Source: Tubiluchus corallicola (lineage: Eukaryota > Animalia > Priapulida). Taken from it: a stretch of DNA of 64,000 bases. The translations under genes were made by a program, and so were the position numbers. The notes beneath the pieces were generated by a model. It searched no databases. It was not told the DNA's origin and worked only from the letters and a program-made list of their open reading frames with translations. Location of the stretch: contig JAQGDQ010000127.1 of NCBI GenBank assembly GCA_030141605.1, positions 496,001 through 560,000 of the forward strand, read 5' to 3'. Positions 53,505 through 64,000 of the stretch are shown here, in pieces; the first letter of the stretch is position 1, and every line of letters begins with the position of its first letter.

Positions 53505-54869
53505 CAGGGGCGTCGTGCACCCAAAAAAATTGGGGGGGCCCGACTATAATGGCGGATTTTAACTGTTTAAATTTTAATTTTTGAAAATTTAATTTTGAAA
53601 AAAATAAACAGTATTTTGCGTGCAAGAAAAACGATTTATTTAACATGGCATTTAACTTAAAGCTATAGCAACGGAAACTTAATTAAAATTAAAAATTAAA
53701 TTAAAATTTAATTAAGTATTTATCAGCTGTCAGGAATCCGACGCAGAACTATCGACGCAGAACATCACTCCAGAAGAGCTCAACCACAGACTTCAAGTCC
53801 ATATTCTTTGTTTTCTCAGCCTCAACTGCAAGGATCATCAGGTCACTCAGTCGCGTCTGACTCATTGTACTGCGGAGAGCATTCTTGACAAATTTAAGCG
53901 CCAAACACACGACACGGGAAACAGAATGCAGCATCAATATCTTTTACGTATTCCAACCATGACCTATCGTTGAACCACTGACCCTGAAATGATCTCGATT
54001 TTCCTCCCATTTTGGTCTTTGGGTATGCATCCACTACGTCCCGCAATGGCCCGCGACGGATGTACGCATCCTTTTGGATTCGTTCTGTTGGAATCGACGT
54101 TACAGTAGATACAGACGCCGTAGAACCTGGGTCGGGAACACGGTTGGACTTGAAAAATGAAGTCAGATTGGACTGCCTCGACATCGTTTAAGAAATATAG
54201 CTAAAATCGCAGCGAAAACTAGCAAAGATTTTCCTAGCAGCAGAAAAATGATGAAATGTGCTCAAAATCACGCCCTTTTATGCAGCAAACTCGTGGGAAA
54301 GAGTCACTAAGGAGTAGCAAAGAGTCGTTAATGTCCAATCAGGAGGTGGCTGAGCCATGGCTCATCAATTGGTATCTCCCAAACCGACTCTCTGGTACTA
54401 GGCTAGCTGGACAAACTGACTCTCTGGTACTAGGCAAGCTCAACATGACTTCAATGTTTGCATTGTTTTTGCTCTATTATTTCACTTATTCTCCATTATA
54501 ACACACTGCTGAACGAAGCTCGAGTGCTAACTGAGCCGTTTTGTTAACTAACAGTCTTTTGTGCAAAGACGCTAATGCTACTAAACGAGCTGCTTTGTTA
54601 ACTGTTCCTGCCTGCCTCCTGAATAGATAGATTACAGGCCAACAAATTAACTACATCCTGACTTTCAGGTAAACACATACTCATGCTCATACTGTTCGCA
54701 TTTATGGAGCGCTGGCCGCGTGTCAAAAAGTCGGAAATAAATTTGCTTACCGGTCTCATTACGAGCCGCTGACGCCCTTCAAATTTTTGACATTTTCTAA
54801 AAAAATTGGGGGGCCCGGGCCCCCCCGGGCCCCCCCCCCCCCCCGGGCCCCTATGGCACGACGCCACTG
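53505..54869 (-). mobile_element. Internally deleted hAT DNA transposon (ZMYM1/TTF-zinc-finger type), 1365 bp
   Basis: TIRs caggggcgtcgtgc / gcacgacgccactg (13/14 match); perfect 8-bp TSD gtaatgac at 53497-53504 and 54870-54877; carries transposase N- and C-terminal fragments. Confidence 0.95.
53749..54184 (-). pseudogene. Truncated hAT transposase: TTF-type zinc finger joined out of frame to the hATC dimerisation tail
   Basis: 53894-54184 MSRQSNLTSFF..RSFQGQWFNDRSWLEYVKDIDAAFCFPCRVF; 53749-~53900 ALKFVKNALRSTMSQTRLSDLMILAVE; the catalytic core is absent. Confidence 0.88.
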
Positions 54870-55377
54870 GTAATGACATTCAAATCCATTAATTAGCAAA
54901 CTCACCTAGTTGCTGTTAACGATGAACAAAGATAATAACTGTTTTAGACAAACAGTTGGCTGATAAAGCTAATCTGGCATCCTTAAACTGTTACGATATT
55001 GATAATTATCACACAGAAATTTGTTCGATCTTATGTAGTTTTTAAAGAAGTAATATGAGTATCTGAACATAACTGGTTTTTAACAGGAATGAATTGTATG
55101 CCATACAATTTTACCTTTAATATTGTCCTTACTTTAATAGTATATACTTGTTTATTCATTGTCTTGTGACAAGTCTAATTAACTAAAGTTATTTTACCTG
55201 AATTATTTGTGTCATCGTCGTATTCTTGAACGAGGACGAAACAAAATGATACATAGACACTGCATAATCAATTTTAGTACAAAAATATTTTGATTGCTCT
55301 TAAAATGAAAATACATTACGCATTCTACATAACCACATTTTTGTTTAATAAAATATTTTTTTATGTTTTTACCATAG

Positions 55378-55520
55378 AAAGATCATGTTCGAGCAAGTGT
55401 TGATGATTTGTTGGTATCTCGATACATTCCTGCAGTGCCTAAACATCGTTACTGCGTCAGATTTGTGCCAGTCATTGAAGATGAATCAGACTTCCCAACT
55501 TTCTTACACTATGTCAGAAA
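55378..55520 (+). CDS. Schlafen/AlbA_2-domain protein, coding exon 3
   Basis: ttttaccatag|...aa|gtgagg; phase 0-2; KDHVRASVDDLLVSRYIPAVPKHRYCVRFVPVIEDESDFPTFLHYVR. Confidence 0.9.
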
Positions 55521-55642
55521 GTGAGGACAAAATGTCACATTTTTAGTGTAGAGAATGTAGTATAGGGCTTCTACTGAATTGTCAACGATGTTTACATGGG
55601 TAACAAAAATCTGATTTAAGTACCTTATTCTTTATATTATAT

Positions 55643-56358
55643 TCGGATACCCGGGTACCCACTATTGTTAAGAAACGCTAGTGAAGAAACTGCAATCATT
55701 TGTACTCACAAATGAAAACCACTGGTGCACTTTAACTAACTGCACTGTTAAGAATAACAAGCATTCGTTTATTACACATTGAAAGCCTAAACACACCAGC
55801 TGTGAATCACGAAAGTTAATGTTTTCCCACACAAGGCATTTGACATGTGGTTTTATCTGTCGCACCCTATTTACTTCATTGCTACGTCAGCTTCCTCACT
55901 AACACTATTAATACAGTATAGGTATTAAGGGAATAAAATAATCTATATTATCCTATTTATGTGCTGTTAAACTTAACAATTTATTTATTTGTGTCTTTGT
56001 TAGTGGCCTGAAATAGGTTTTTAATGGCTATAAACAGTTTCATTTGAATAATTAACCTCTTGGTAAAAATATCAGCTTGTTTTTTGTAAGTCATCCCTAT
56101 GACAAAAGCGGTTTGACTGCCGCCTCCCTTCTGGCTGTTGGCCTGGCACACTGCCAACACAATTAATAGTCAGCTAGTAGGTATATGTACCTACTGTAGA
56201 AGTGCACAGCAGAAATTGGCATTTTAATTTTAATTCTCTAGCAATGGATGTTATATTACAAGTAATGTATGGATTTTCATCGTTGGAACTGGGCAGAAAT
56301 ATTAGGCTCAGGTAATAAACAATGCGGGTAATTAATCGGGTACCCGATGGAAACACTA
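55643..56358. mobile_element. hAT-like MITE relic with cgggtacccg subterminal palindromes
   Basis: Left cggatacccgggtaccc; right cgggtaattaatcgggtacccgatggaaacacta (TAG-starting TIR on the minus strand); the left terminus appears lost. Confidence 0.5.
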
Positions 56359-56365
56359 GATACTA

Positions 56366-57473
56366 TAGTGTAACCCACTTATAACAAGCCTCTGGTTATG
56401 ACGAGGAAACTTCAATGTCCTGCCAAATCTTAGGTTTAAACAATGTGTTTAAGCCTTGCTTACAGGGAACTCCGATATTACATGTTTTTGCTTATTACGA
56501 GGAAATTTAGCTGCCCTGTGATTGTATTTCCTTTGTATATAACAAGTGTATATTCTAAAACGATGGGCAAGGGGCTCCATTCCCAAAGGGCAAAAAGATT
56601 ACATAGATGGTGCATAAAATGTTTTGTATTAAGTAAAGTACATGCAGATTTGCTTGTGAGTCTGCAGCTGTGCGCTTTGCTCTGATGAGGCGGGCACGAT
56701 GTTTCAGACGCAAAAAACAACCAGTTTATCAATAGGTTAAATTGAATGACGCAGTTGAAGCCATTGCTAAATTTCAGCAATTTTTAAGTCGTCACCAGCA
56801 ACTGATAATGATGTGTTGTCATGCCTTTCAAAATTTGATAGCTCAGTTAAATAAAGTTGTGGTGTAGTTTAATATAAAGTAGGCAAAATAACCAACTTTC
56901 TCAAAAAAATAAACTGTTTTGCTTCGCAAAATAAATGTTTGTGTGATTTAAAGTTTAATTTTTAATAAAGTTTAAAGTAGTTGACGTAGCTCTTGCTGAA
57001 ATGCTTATTATCATAAATTATTATGCACCCACACAACTGTGTTTCCCACCCACCCGCAAAAAGCCAGAGTCTTGTGCAAGCATGTAAATGATTGTAACAC
57101 CCACACAAAACACGCTCTGCTATCAGCAGATGTCACAATGACTCACAGCTGTGGTTTAGAAAAACAATTTGCACGACCATTTTATGCAGAAATTTATTGT
57201 ACAAAATACTGTCTTAATCCTTGAAATAATGGTTTAACCACTATAAGCAATTACTCTTTTGTGACAAAATAGTTGCTGAACAGTGGCAGTCATTTAAGAA
57301 ACTTGTACAAGTCTCAAAAGAAAGTGCTCTTTTATTATTACATCACATCTACCTGGTAGGCCATTTTTATCTTTTACATACATTCAAACAATTGACCTCG
57401 GCTATAAAGTGATTCGCTTATAGCGAGCAATTTTTCGCGGTCCCTTGAAACTCATGATAAGGAGATTATACTG
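56366..57473. mobile_element. pogo/Tigger-type (Tc1/mariner) non-autonomous element
   Basis: TA|tagtgtaacccacttataacaag ... ctcatgataaggagattatactg|TA; subterminal cttataac/gcttatagcgag repeats and a cggtccc motif. Confidence 0.7.
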
Positions 57474-59113
57474 TAAATGTAGACTTATTCTGCACCAATT
57501 CACATATAGCAAAACCACAATAATTTAAGTTTTCTAATTATCTAGTGAAAAGAGGTGTGCTGTTTGATTTAATGAACTTGTTTAATGTTTGATTTTGAAC
57601 AATAATTACATTATCTTTTCGATTGAAAATCAGTAACTGAAGTTGCAAAATTATTGATTAGTCAGAATGATTGATTGATTGATCAGCCATGTTCAGATTG
57701 ATCAGAAAGTCATGTTCTTCTACTGCAGGACCAGAGATATTACAACTATCCCAAGGATTATAAGTTGGCATCTCACTGATTGTGTAGGAGAGGTAATTAG
57801 GGCATTGAGCGGGAAGGGAGGTTGCAGCAATGGTGTGGAAGTTTAAGAAAAAGTCTCACTTCTAACATGTCAGGTTTATTAGTATTCTCACCACTTGCAT
57901 TTCCGCCATTATCTTCATGAATATTGATTAACGTCAGAAATGGATTTAAATGATTTAAAGCTGTGATGCTTAGAATGACAAGACTGTCTTACTTTATATT
58001 AGATATTGTTCCTTGAGATTTCTTAGACCTATACTAAGGAGCTCTTGGTTTTGTTTAGCTCAGTTAAATCACACAATATAAAAACAATCATTCTGGAAAA
58101 CATCTCACCAGTCTAAGCACTTGTTATTGCCAATGCTGCTTTACTACTGAAGGTAGTATTTAAGAATGCTATAAAGTAATTAAACTGTGCCGTTTATAAG
58201 ATATTAGGACCTGTACTGTGGTTGGTGACTACCCTAGGTGGCAAAGCCTCTTTGCCAAAGCAGTTATAATTTGAAGTCAAATTCTGAAATGTGTCGCTTG
58301 AAATTCTTGTACGTTAGGCTACTGCGAAAATCAGGAACATCTTATTGTAACATTTTTGTAGTAGTAGGCTTATTTATAATAAATTACAGAATGAGATTGC
58401 CAGCAAGCCGCAGTAACTGCATAATTATGCACGTACGCCTTGACAAACATTCTATTGATGCCAAGTCTGCAAGTGTATTTTTTAGCAGAAGTATTTGAGC
58501 ACGTAGGGAACAAATTGATGTACATGTGTGCCCCCCAAAATAATAATTTCGTGTTAACTTTTGAATTTAGTGGATATTACAATGCAAAACAGTTCTGCTA
58601 ATAAAGGAAGGAAAGCATCTAAACTTCTTTTCATCAAAAATTTGAGGAAAAATGTGCGAGAAGTGTCTCGCAGACTATGCCTATGTAAAACTAAATATGC
58701 GAAGGTACTTTAGTACATTACAAGGTCTCCAGGCAACGTTTCAGTGTTTCTTATGTCTTCTTGCAACTATACTATGAAAATTATAAAAACGTATTTTAAC
58801 TATGCATCCTAATAATTACAATAATTAGTAGTTGCATAACATACAAATGTCAAGTTAAATTTGAGATTTTGTAAACTTTTAATTCAAGCTGTTGTTTCAG
58901 CTGCTTGCAAAATCGGCATCTACTTAACACCGATTTGAGACATAAATCGTCATTCTTCATTCTCACTGAAGTTTGAAGAAGCTAATAATACTTGAAATTA
59001 AATTGTACTAAGTTAGTAGACGTAATAATTCAGAAGAAGCAAATACATTTAAACTGTTCTTGAACAAATTTTCCATTAAGTCTGTGTTACTTTCTAAATT
59101 ATTTTTCTTTTAG

Positions 59114-59210
59114 TCATGTGATTGATGAGGAAATCCAGGCAAGGCCTCATCTTCTAAGGACTTCTAAATACTGTTGGTGTGATAAGGATGCAGTTGCTCA
59201 GTTTAACAGT
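59114..59210 (+). CDS. Schlafen/AlbA_2-domain protein, coding exon 4
   Basis: tttcttttag|...agt|gtaagt; phase 2-0; (N)HVIDEEIQARPHLLRTSKYCWCDKDAVAQFNS. Confidence 0.88.
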
Positions 59211-60338
59211 GTAAGTTTCTACGAAAACTCTAAAATTCTAATTTAAGTTTTATTTTATAGGTAAAGTGGATTGCTTTAGGAAAGCACTTTTACTTTTTTC
59301 CAAAACTAGCAAAAGCAATTTTATTGCAATTGCATTTTAAACTTGGATAACTATGATTAGTGCAAGGACATGGATATTCATCTAGAAGCTAATTTATTTT
59401 GTTCCTTCCTGTCTTTTTTGACAAGGTTGAACAATACTAGTACTGTAATTAACTGTGATTCTTTTGCCTTCTGTTTACCTCAAGAAAGCTGTAATTTTAT
59501 GGTACTTTAGCTTGGAACTCCATTTTGAGCATTATTTCTCAGCTCTATGTACCCTTTTTCCTTTTGTCTGATTGGTATTCCCCACCTCTTTCCAAAATTG
59601 CTTTTTTAGTGTATTGTGGTGTAGTATTATGTGCTATTTTTTTTGCAATATGTCAGGATGTCACCCCATCTTCGAATGATTGTCGGACTTTGCACATTCT
59701 AGATTTCTAGATTTACTTGAGTTTTTTGCAGCGGATTTTTACTTGTGTATTACTCATGAATAAAAATGGTGACTGGCTTTAAAACTTGTAGGTTTAAAGT
59801 AACCTATGAAATTAAACACTGTGATAACTTCTAGGTTATGTACAATTTATGGAATTGTAGTTCATGTTGATGATCCATATTCCAGGCAGCCTGTAATCCC
59901 TTAAATTCCCCCTCTCGAAAAGTTAAGGGTTGAAAAGCTTGGGGGAATTCCGTACTGGTTGAGAACTGTTTTAGGACTAGTTATTCTGATAGATTTTGAC
60001 TATTTTAAATTTGTCAGCTTAGTAAAGAGGCACCTAAAAGTAATTTAGTAGGATAATATGGTTCCCAGATATACCTGTAATGCTTCTTAGCAGCATATTT
60101 TTATTCATACTTGACAACAGCAGCAAACATTTTTAGTACCAGTCGCATCCAATACTTTCTAAAACATTACGGAGAAGCCAGACTACATGTTGCAGCCGAG
60201 TTTATGGCTAGTTGTTCTGTTTATTGCTTTGGGTAACTATTATAGATGCTTCCAGATAACTTCGATAGGAATTTTGTTTAAATAAATGTTTATCATGACT
60301 GCTTAGAAGCTATATCTGACGTGGTTTGTTCTCATATG

Positions 60339-61054
60339 CAGAGGCGGATTATGATTTTATGGGCCTTAGGCTTGAGCTTGGAACGGGCCTTTTAAATGTT
60401 GCTACACTGCTGAGCTGACGTGTTTTTGTGGAGCTCTCGTCGTTTGTAAGTTTGTTTAATTTTGTGAGTTTTTGCCCACCGATTGTGATAAAAATTATAT
60501 CTTCTTGATCCTTGAGTTGTGGACTAGGACAATATAAACACGATTACAGCTTGGTGAGTTTCTGGGTTAGATGTCATCTAAAATAAGCCAATCAGAAACT
60601 CTGAAAGTAACTTTAGTTTCTTACTAATTTCTTATATCTCTAAAGGATGACAAATTAAACAATTTATCACTGATGCATATTGAGTCAGATATGTTGAAAA
60701 AAATGGACTTTTCAGAAATTATAACTGACTTTGCCCCCAGAAAAATTCGGAAACTGAAATTTTGAACTTAAACTTAAACTGTGTAAACGTGAATTGTGTA
60801 AACTTAAATTGTGTAAACTTGAATTGTGTAAACTTAAATTGTGTAAACTTGATTTGTGTAAACCCGATTTGAAATATAGTGACTGACTTTTGAAAAAAAA
60901 CTTTTTTCTATATTTTATTTTGGCGGGCCCCTTGCTCTTTTGTCAATTTATTTTTTTTACAAAAAAATTTTTTTTTCGTTTTATTTTGCCGGGCCCCTTT
61001 TGATCCCGGGCCTTAGGCTTCAGCCTATTCAGCCTATAGGGCTATCCGCTACAG
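60339..61054 (+). mobile_element. Non-autonomous hAT element, 716 bp
   Basis: Perfect 8-bp TSD ctcatatg (60331-60338 and 61055-61062); degenerate TIRs cagaggcggatt / tatccgctacag; hATC tail KDDKLNNLSLMHIESDMLKKMDFSEIITDFAPRKIRKLKF* at 60643-60765; gggccc subterminal motifs. Confidence 0.88.
60771..60862 (+). repeat. 15-bp tandem repeat (aacttRaattgtgta), about 6 units, inside the hAT element
   Basis: Directly visible tandem units. Confidence 0.85.
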
Positions 61055-61081
61055 CTCATATGTATCATTTTTTGTTTTCAG

Positions 61082-61243
61082 GGTTTGATTCATGCAGAGT
61101 ATGTGATAGAAATTTTAATAAAGAAGTGGGATCCAGGTGATCCCAGAAATGCGAATGCCGTACCTACGGAATATAAAATTCATCCGATCCACTTGGATGA
61201 AGAGAGAAATTGTTACTTTCGCCACCAGGCCAGCATTAAAAAG
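61082..61243 (+). CDS. Schlafen/AlbA_2-domain protein, coding exon 5
   Basis: tttgttttcag|...aag|gttgtt; 162 nt, phase 0-0; GLIHAEYVIEILIKKWDPGDPRNANAVPTEYKIHPIHLDEERNCYFRHQASIKK (VIEI and YxR motifs of the AlbA_2 C-terminal part). Confidence 0.88.
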
Positions 61244-63066
61244 GTTGTTAAATTATAATTTCATTCAAATATTGTTCATTTTCTACAGTGACATGCACAG
61301 AGCTGAAAGTAGTTGATGCTACTGATTTGTTTCATTAGTTGTAATTACAATAAGATTTAGTCATGGTAAAATTTTATTGTGTTTTTTGTATAAAATATTG
61401 CTGTGATACAGTAATTGATATATTCTTTCTGTATATGATTAATTTTAATGTCTTATCTCTAATTTTGGCAAGTGTATACTTTAACATTGTGGTACTTACT
61501 TAACAACCAAGCTTAGTAGAATTTCTAACCAGTCACACAGATTTGTAAGCTTTTGGCTTTTTATGTAGACTACAGTAGACTATACACAATTAGGTTCTGT
61601 GCAACTCAAAATACCATTCATCTCAGACAGATTCGCTAGAAAGGATTTGTTTCTCTACATCTTAATGCTTAAAATAATCGTTAAACTCAGTATTTTCAAC
61701 TCATGTATCACTGAATTTGGTGTTTTTAGGAAACTATTTTCGTAACACTCTTTGTATATGCTCTGCTTATCTCGGACACGCAGGAACATTGTCAATACAA
61801 TGAATGCGCACTTTCTTGGCTATCCCATTAGTTAGAATGCAAAATTATCAGTAAATACTGCAGCATATTTATGCATGTGCCACGTGTGAATTGCTTTGTT
61901 TCCTGAGTGCCAGTAAGTCCACTGATTCTGCCAATTTAATAAAATGACAAAGCAGAAAATTCTGACTTCCACTGTCAGTTGGGCCTGACAGACTGTCTTT
62001 CTCAGTACATTTAGATGGAGTTCTTGTCCGCGCATGCAAGTGTTTAAACGTTGCATATCAAATATCACTGCTGATTGTTTAATTATGATAACTGGGCAGT
62101 TCCATCTTGAGCTGTGCTGCTGTGAGTGTGCAAATACCATTAGGGCTAGGTATTTTCTAAACAGAGTACTCAAAACAAATGGAGTCAGTCAAAAATTAGT
62201 TATTTTGAAACAAACTAAGTACCATTTGACCATGAAAGAGGGTCCTGTTTCAATAAATATCTACATGATAAAGTACGTTCTAGTTTCTGTAAATAGCTAC
62301 ATGCAAGCATAGAGTGTACAACTGAAAAATGAATGCACAAATCTACACCTTCACTGAACTCAGTTTATCATGGAACTTGGACAGTTTTTTGGCCCCTAGC
62401 CATCTGAACTATGCAGAGTTTACATATTTAATTGACATTTCAGGAAAATAAACTAAAACACGACCTTGTTATACCCCATAATTTAACAAAATTGATATTA
62501 CAACAAAATAAGAAACAAGATAGTAAAAGTTTGATAACTTTCTAGCAATTACACTAAATTATTGTACTGTTCCTATTTGTAATTTAAAATCATTATAAAT
62601 TTTCTAATTTTGATTTTTTATAGTTTATTGTATTGCATGATTTATGCTTCATGTTAAACTTATAAAAACGAATTCAAAAATTTAACTTTGAAGCTATTGT
62701 ATACAACGAGTGATTTTGGATAAAATTTGAGTTCGGATTATTTGATTTTCAAACTGTCTCTATGGCTGATTCTACGCAGGCATTGTTGGTCAAAATAAAC
62801 GTGCACGAATTCTAACTTAACAAAAAAGAGTACGTAATGAAAGATACTGCAAGCATTGAGGAGATTTGTCAGTGAATTGATATGTGACTGTCTTCATATC
62901 TTGATCTGACTGTTTATGATTCTGACTGTATATTATACATACATCCAAAAGTGAGTAAATTAAAGATATTTCTGGCCGTGCTGCTAAATGCTGGGTTCTG
63001 GCTTGAAGCTTGCTAACTGTATAAGAAAATCTGTATAGCAAAACATCCTGCAATATATGTTTCATA

Positions 63067-63224
63067 CAGTCAAACCACATCGTAAAGGCCCCTTTATAAT
63101 CCCAACCTCGCTTGACATCAAAATTTGGGGCAAAACAAAATGTCTATTGTTGCATAATCATGTATGTATTAATACACCTCAAATTATAATATCCCAAAGT
63201 GGACGATATAAAGAAGTTTGACTG
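63067..63224. mobile_element. Small Tc1/mariner (pogo-like) MITE
   Basis: TA|cagtcaaac ... gtttgactg|TA. Confidence 0.7.
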
Positions 63225-63713
63225 TATGTACATTTTTTAACATCACACACTGACGTGGTGTCCCCAACCGGACACATGCCTTGGTTATATAGGATTTCTC
63301 CAGGCTAATCTGAATAATTTTTTATATCAGACAAGTAGAAATGGTGGATAGTAGATAATGTAGAAAATGCTAAAAATTGTAAATTCTAAATTGTTATCAA
63401 CTATAATGCAGTTGATCACAATTTTACAAACTGTCTCACAAAACTCTTGATAACTACAGGGCAGCTGAAATGTGAAGCTTACTGTACACAGTTTAAACAT
63501 GACATTTTGAGAGTGGTCCCACAAATGGGGCTGCGCTGCACCACCCCACAAAGCCCGCGTGCAATGAACGTACGTAGTTACTATCTAGTACATTTTATAC
63601 AATTATGGTCAACTGCATCATAGTTGAAAATATGATTCAGGCAATAAGTGCTAACGTTCACTCTGTTGTCTAAAATAGTAAAAACATAAATTCACATTTT
63701 GTGTTTTTGTTAG

Positions 63714-63784
63714 TATGATGTGCAAGGGATACAGCATATTACTGCATTTGACATTAGAAGCCATTATCAGCCAAAAATTGAAAG
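63714..63784 (+). CDS. Schlafen/AlbA_2-domain protein, coding exon 6 (gene continues beyond the window)
   Basis: gtgtttttgttag|...ag|gtaaac; phase 0-2; YDVQGIQHITAFDIRSHYQPKIE; in frame with exon 5; no stop reached. Confidence 0.75.
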
Positions 63785-64000
63785 GTAAACAAATTCGGTC
63801 TAGGTAACTCAAGGACTGTCACTAGCCTACTGGCAAGTGCACTGTTGATTTACAAGTTTGTGAGTTCATTGAATGATTTACTTAATGACTTATAGATAGA
63901 CCATCTTATGTCACTTATGTTCTTTCATCCTGTATGCTAACTTAAATATTATATTTAGTGCAGCTAAGGTGACTGTTATAGCTTTCGAATCTATTAATAC

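Overview
AT-rich animal (invertebrate-like) genomic DNA with spliceosomal introns and many decayed transposons; there are no prokaryotic features. Three protein-coding genes are supported. (1) Minus strand: two phase-0 exons (35697-35762, 20747-20935) of a large-intron gene whose second exon matches the N-terminal domain of the PLEKHG4B/ARHGEF40/KIAA1755 (puratrophin-like RhoGEF) family; the rest was not found and probably lies left of the window. (2) Plus strand: a complete, intron-free ENOSF1 (L-fuconate dehydratase) CDS at 45902-47242. (3) Plus strand: a multi-exon Schlafen/AlbA_2-domain gene assembled by hand from six phase-compatible coding exons (51857-63784), continuing past the window end. 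Its introns hold two hAT deletion derivatives with perfect 8-bp TSDs, pogo/Tigger-type MITEs and a LINE relic. Other repeats include two more LINE relics, fold-back and hairpin elements, minisatellites and microsatellites. All alignments were made by eye from remembered family motifs; nothing was searched or computed.
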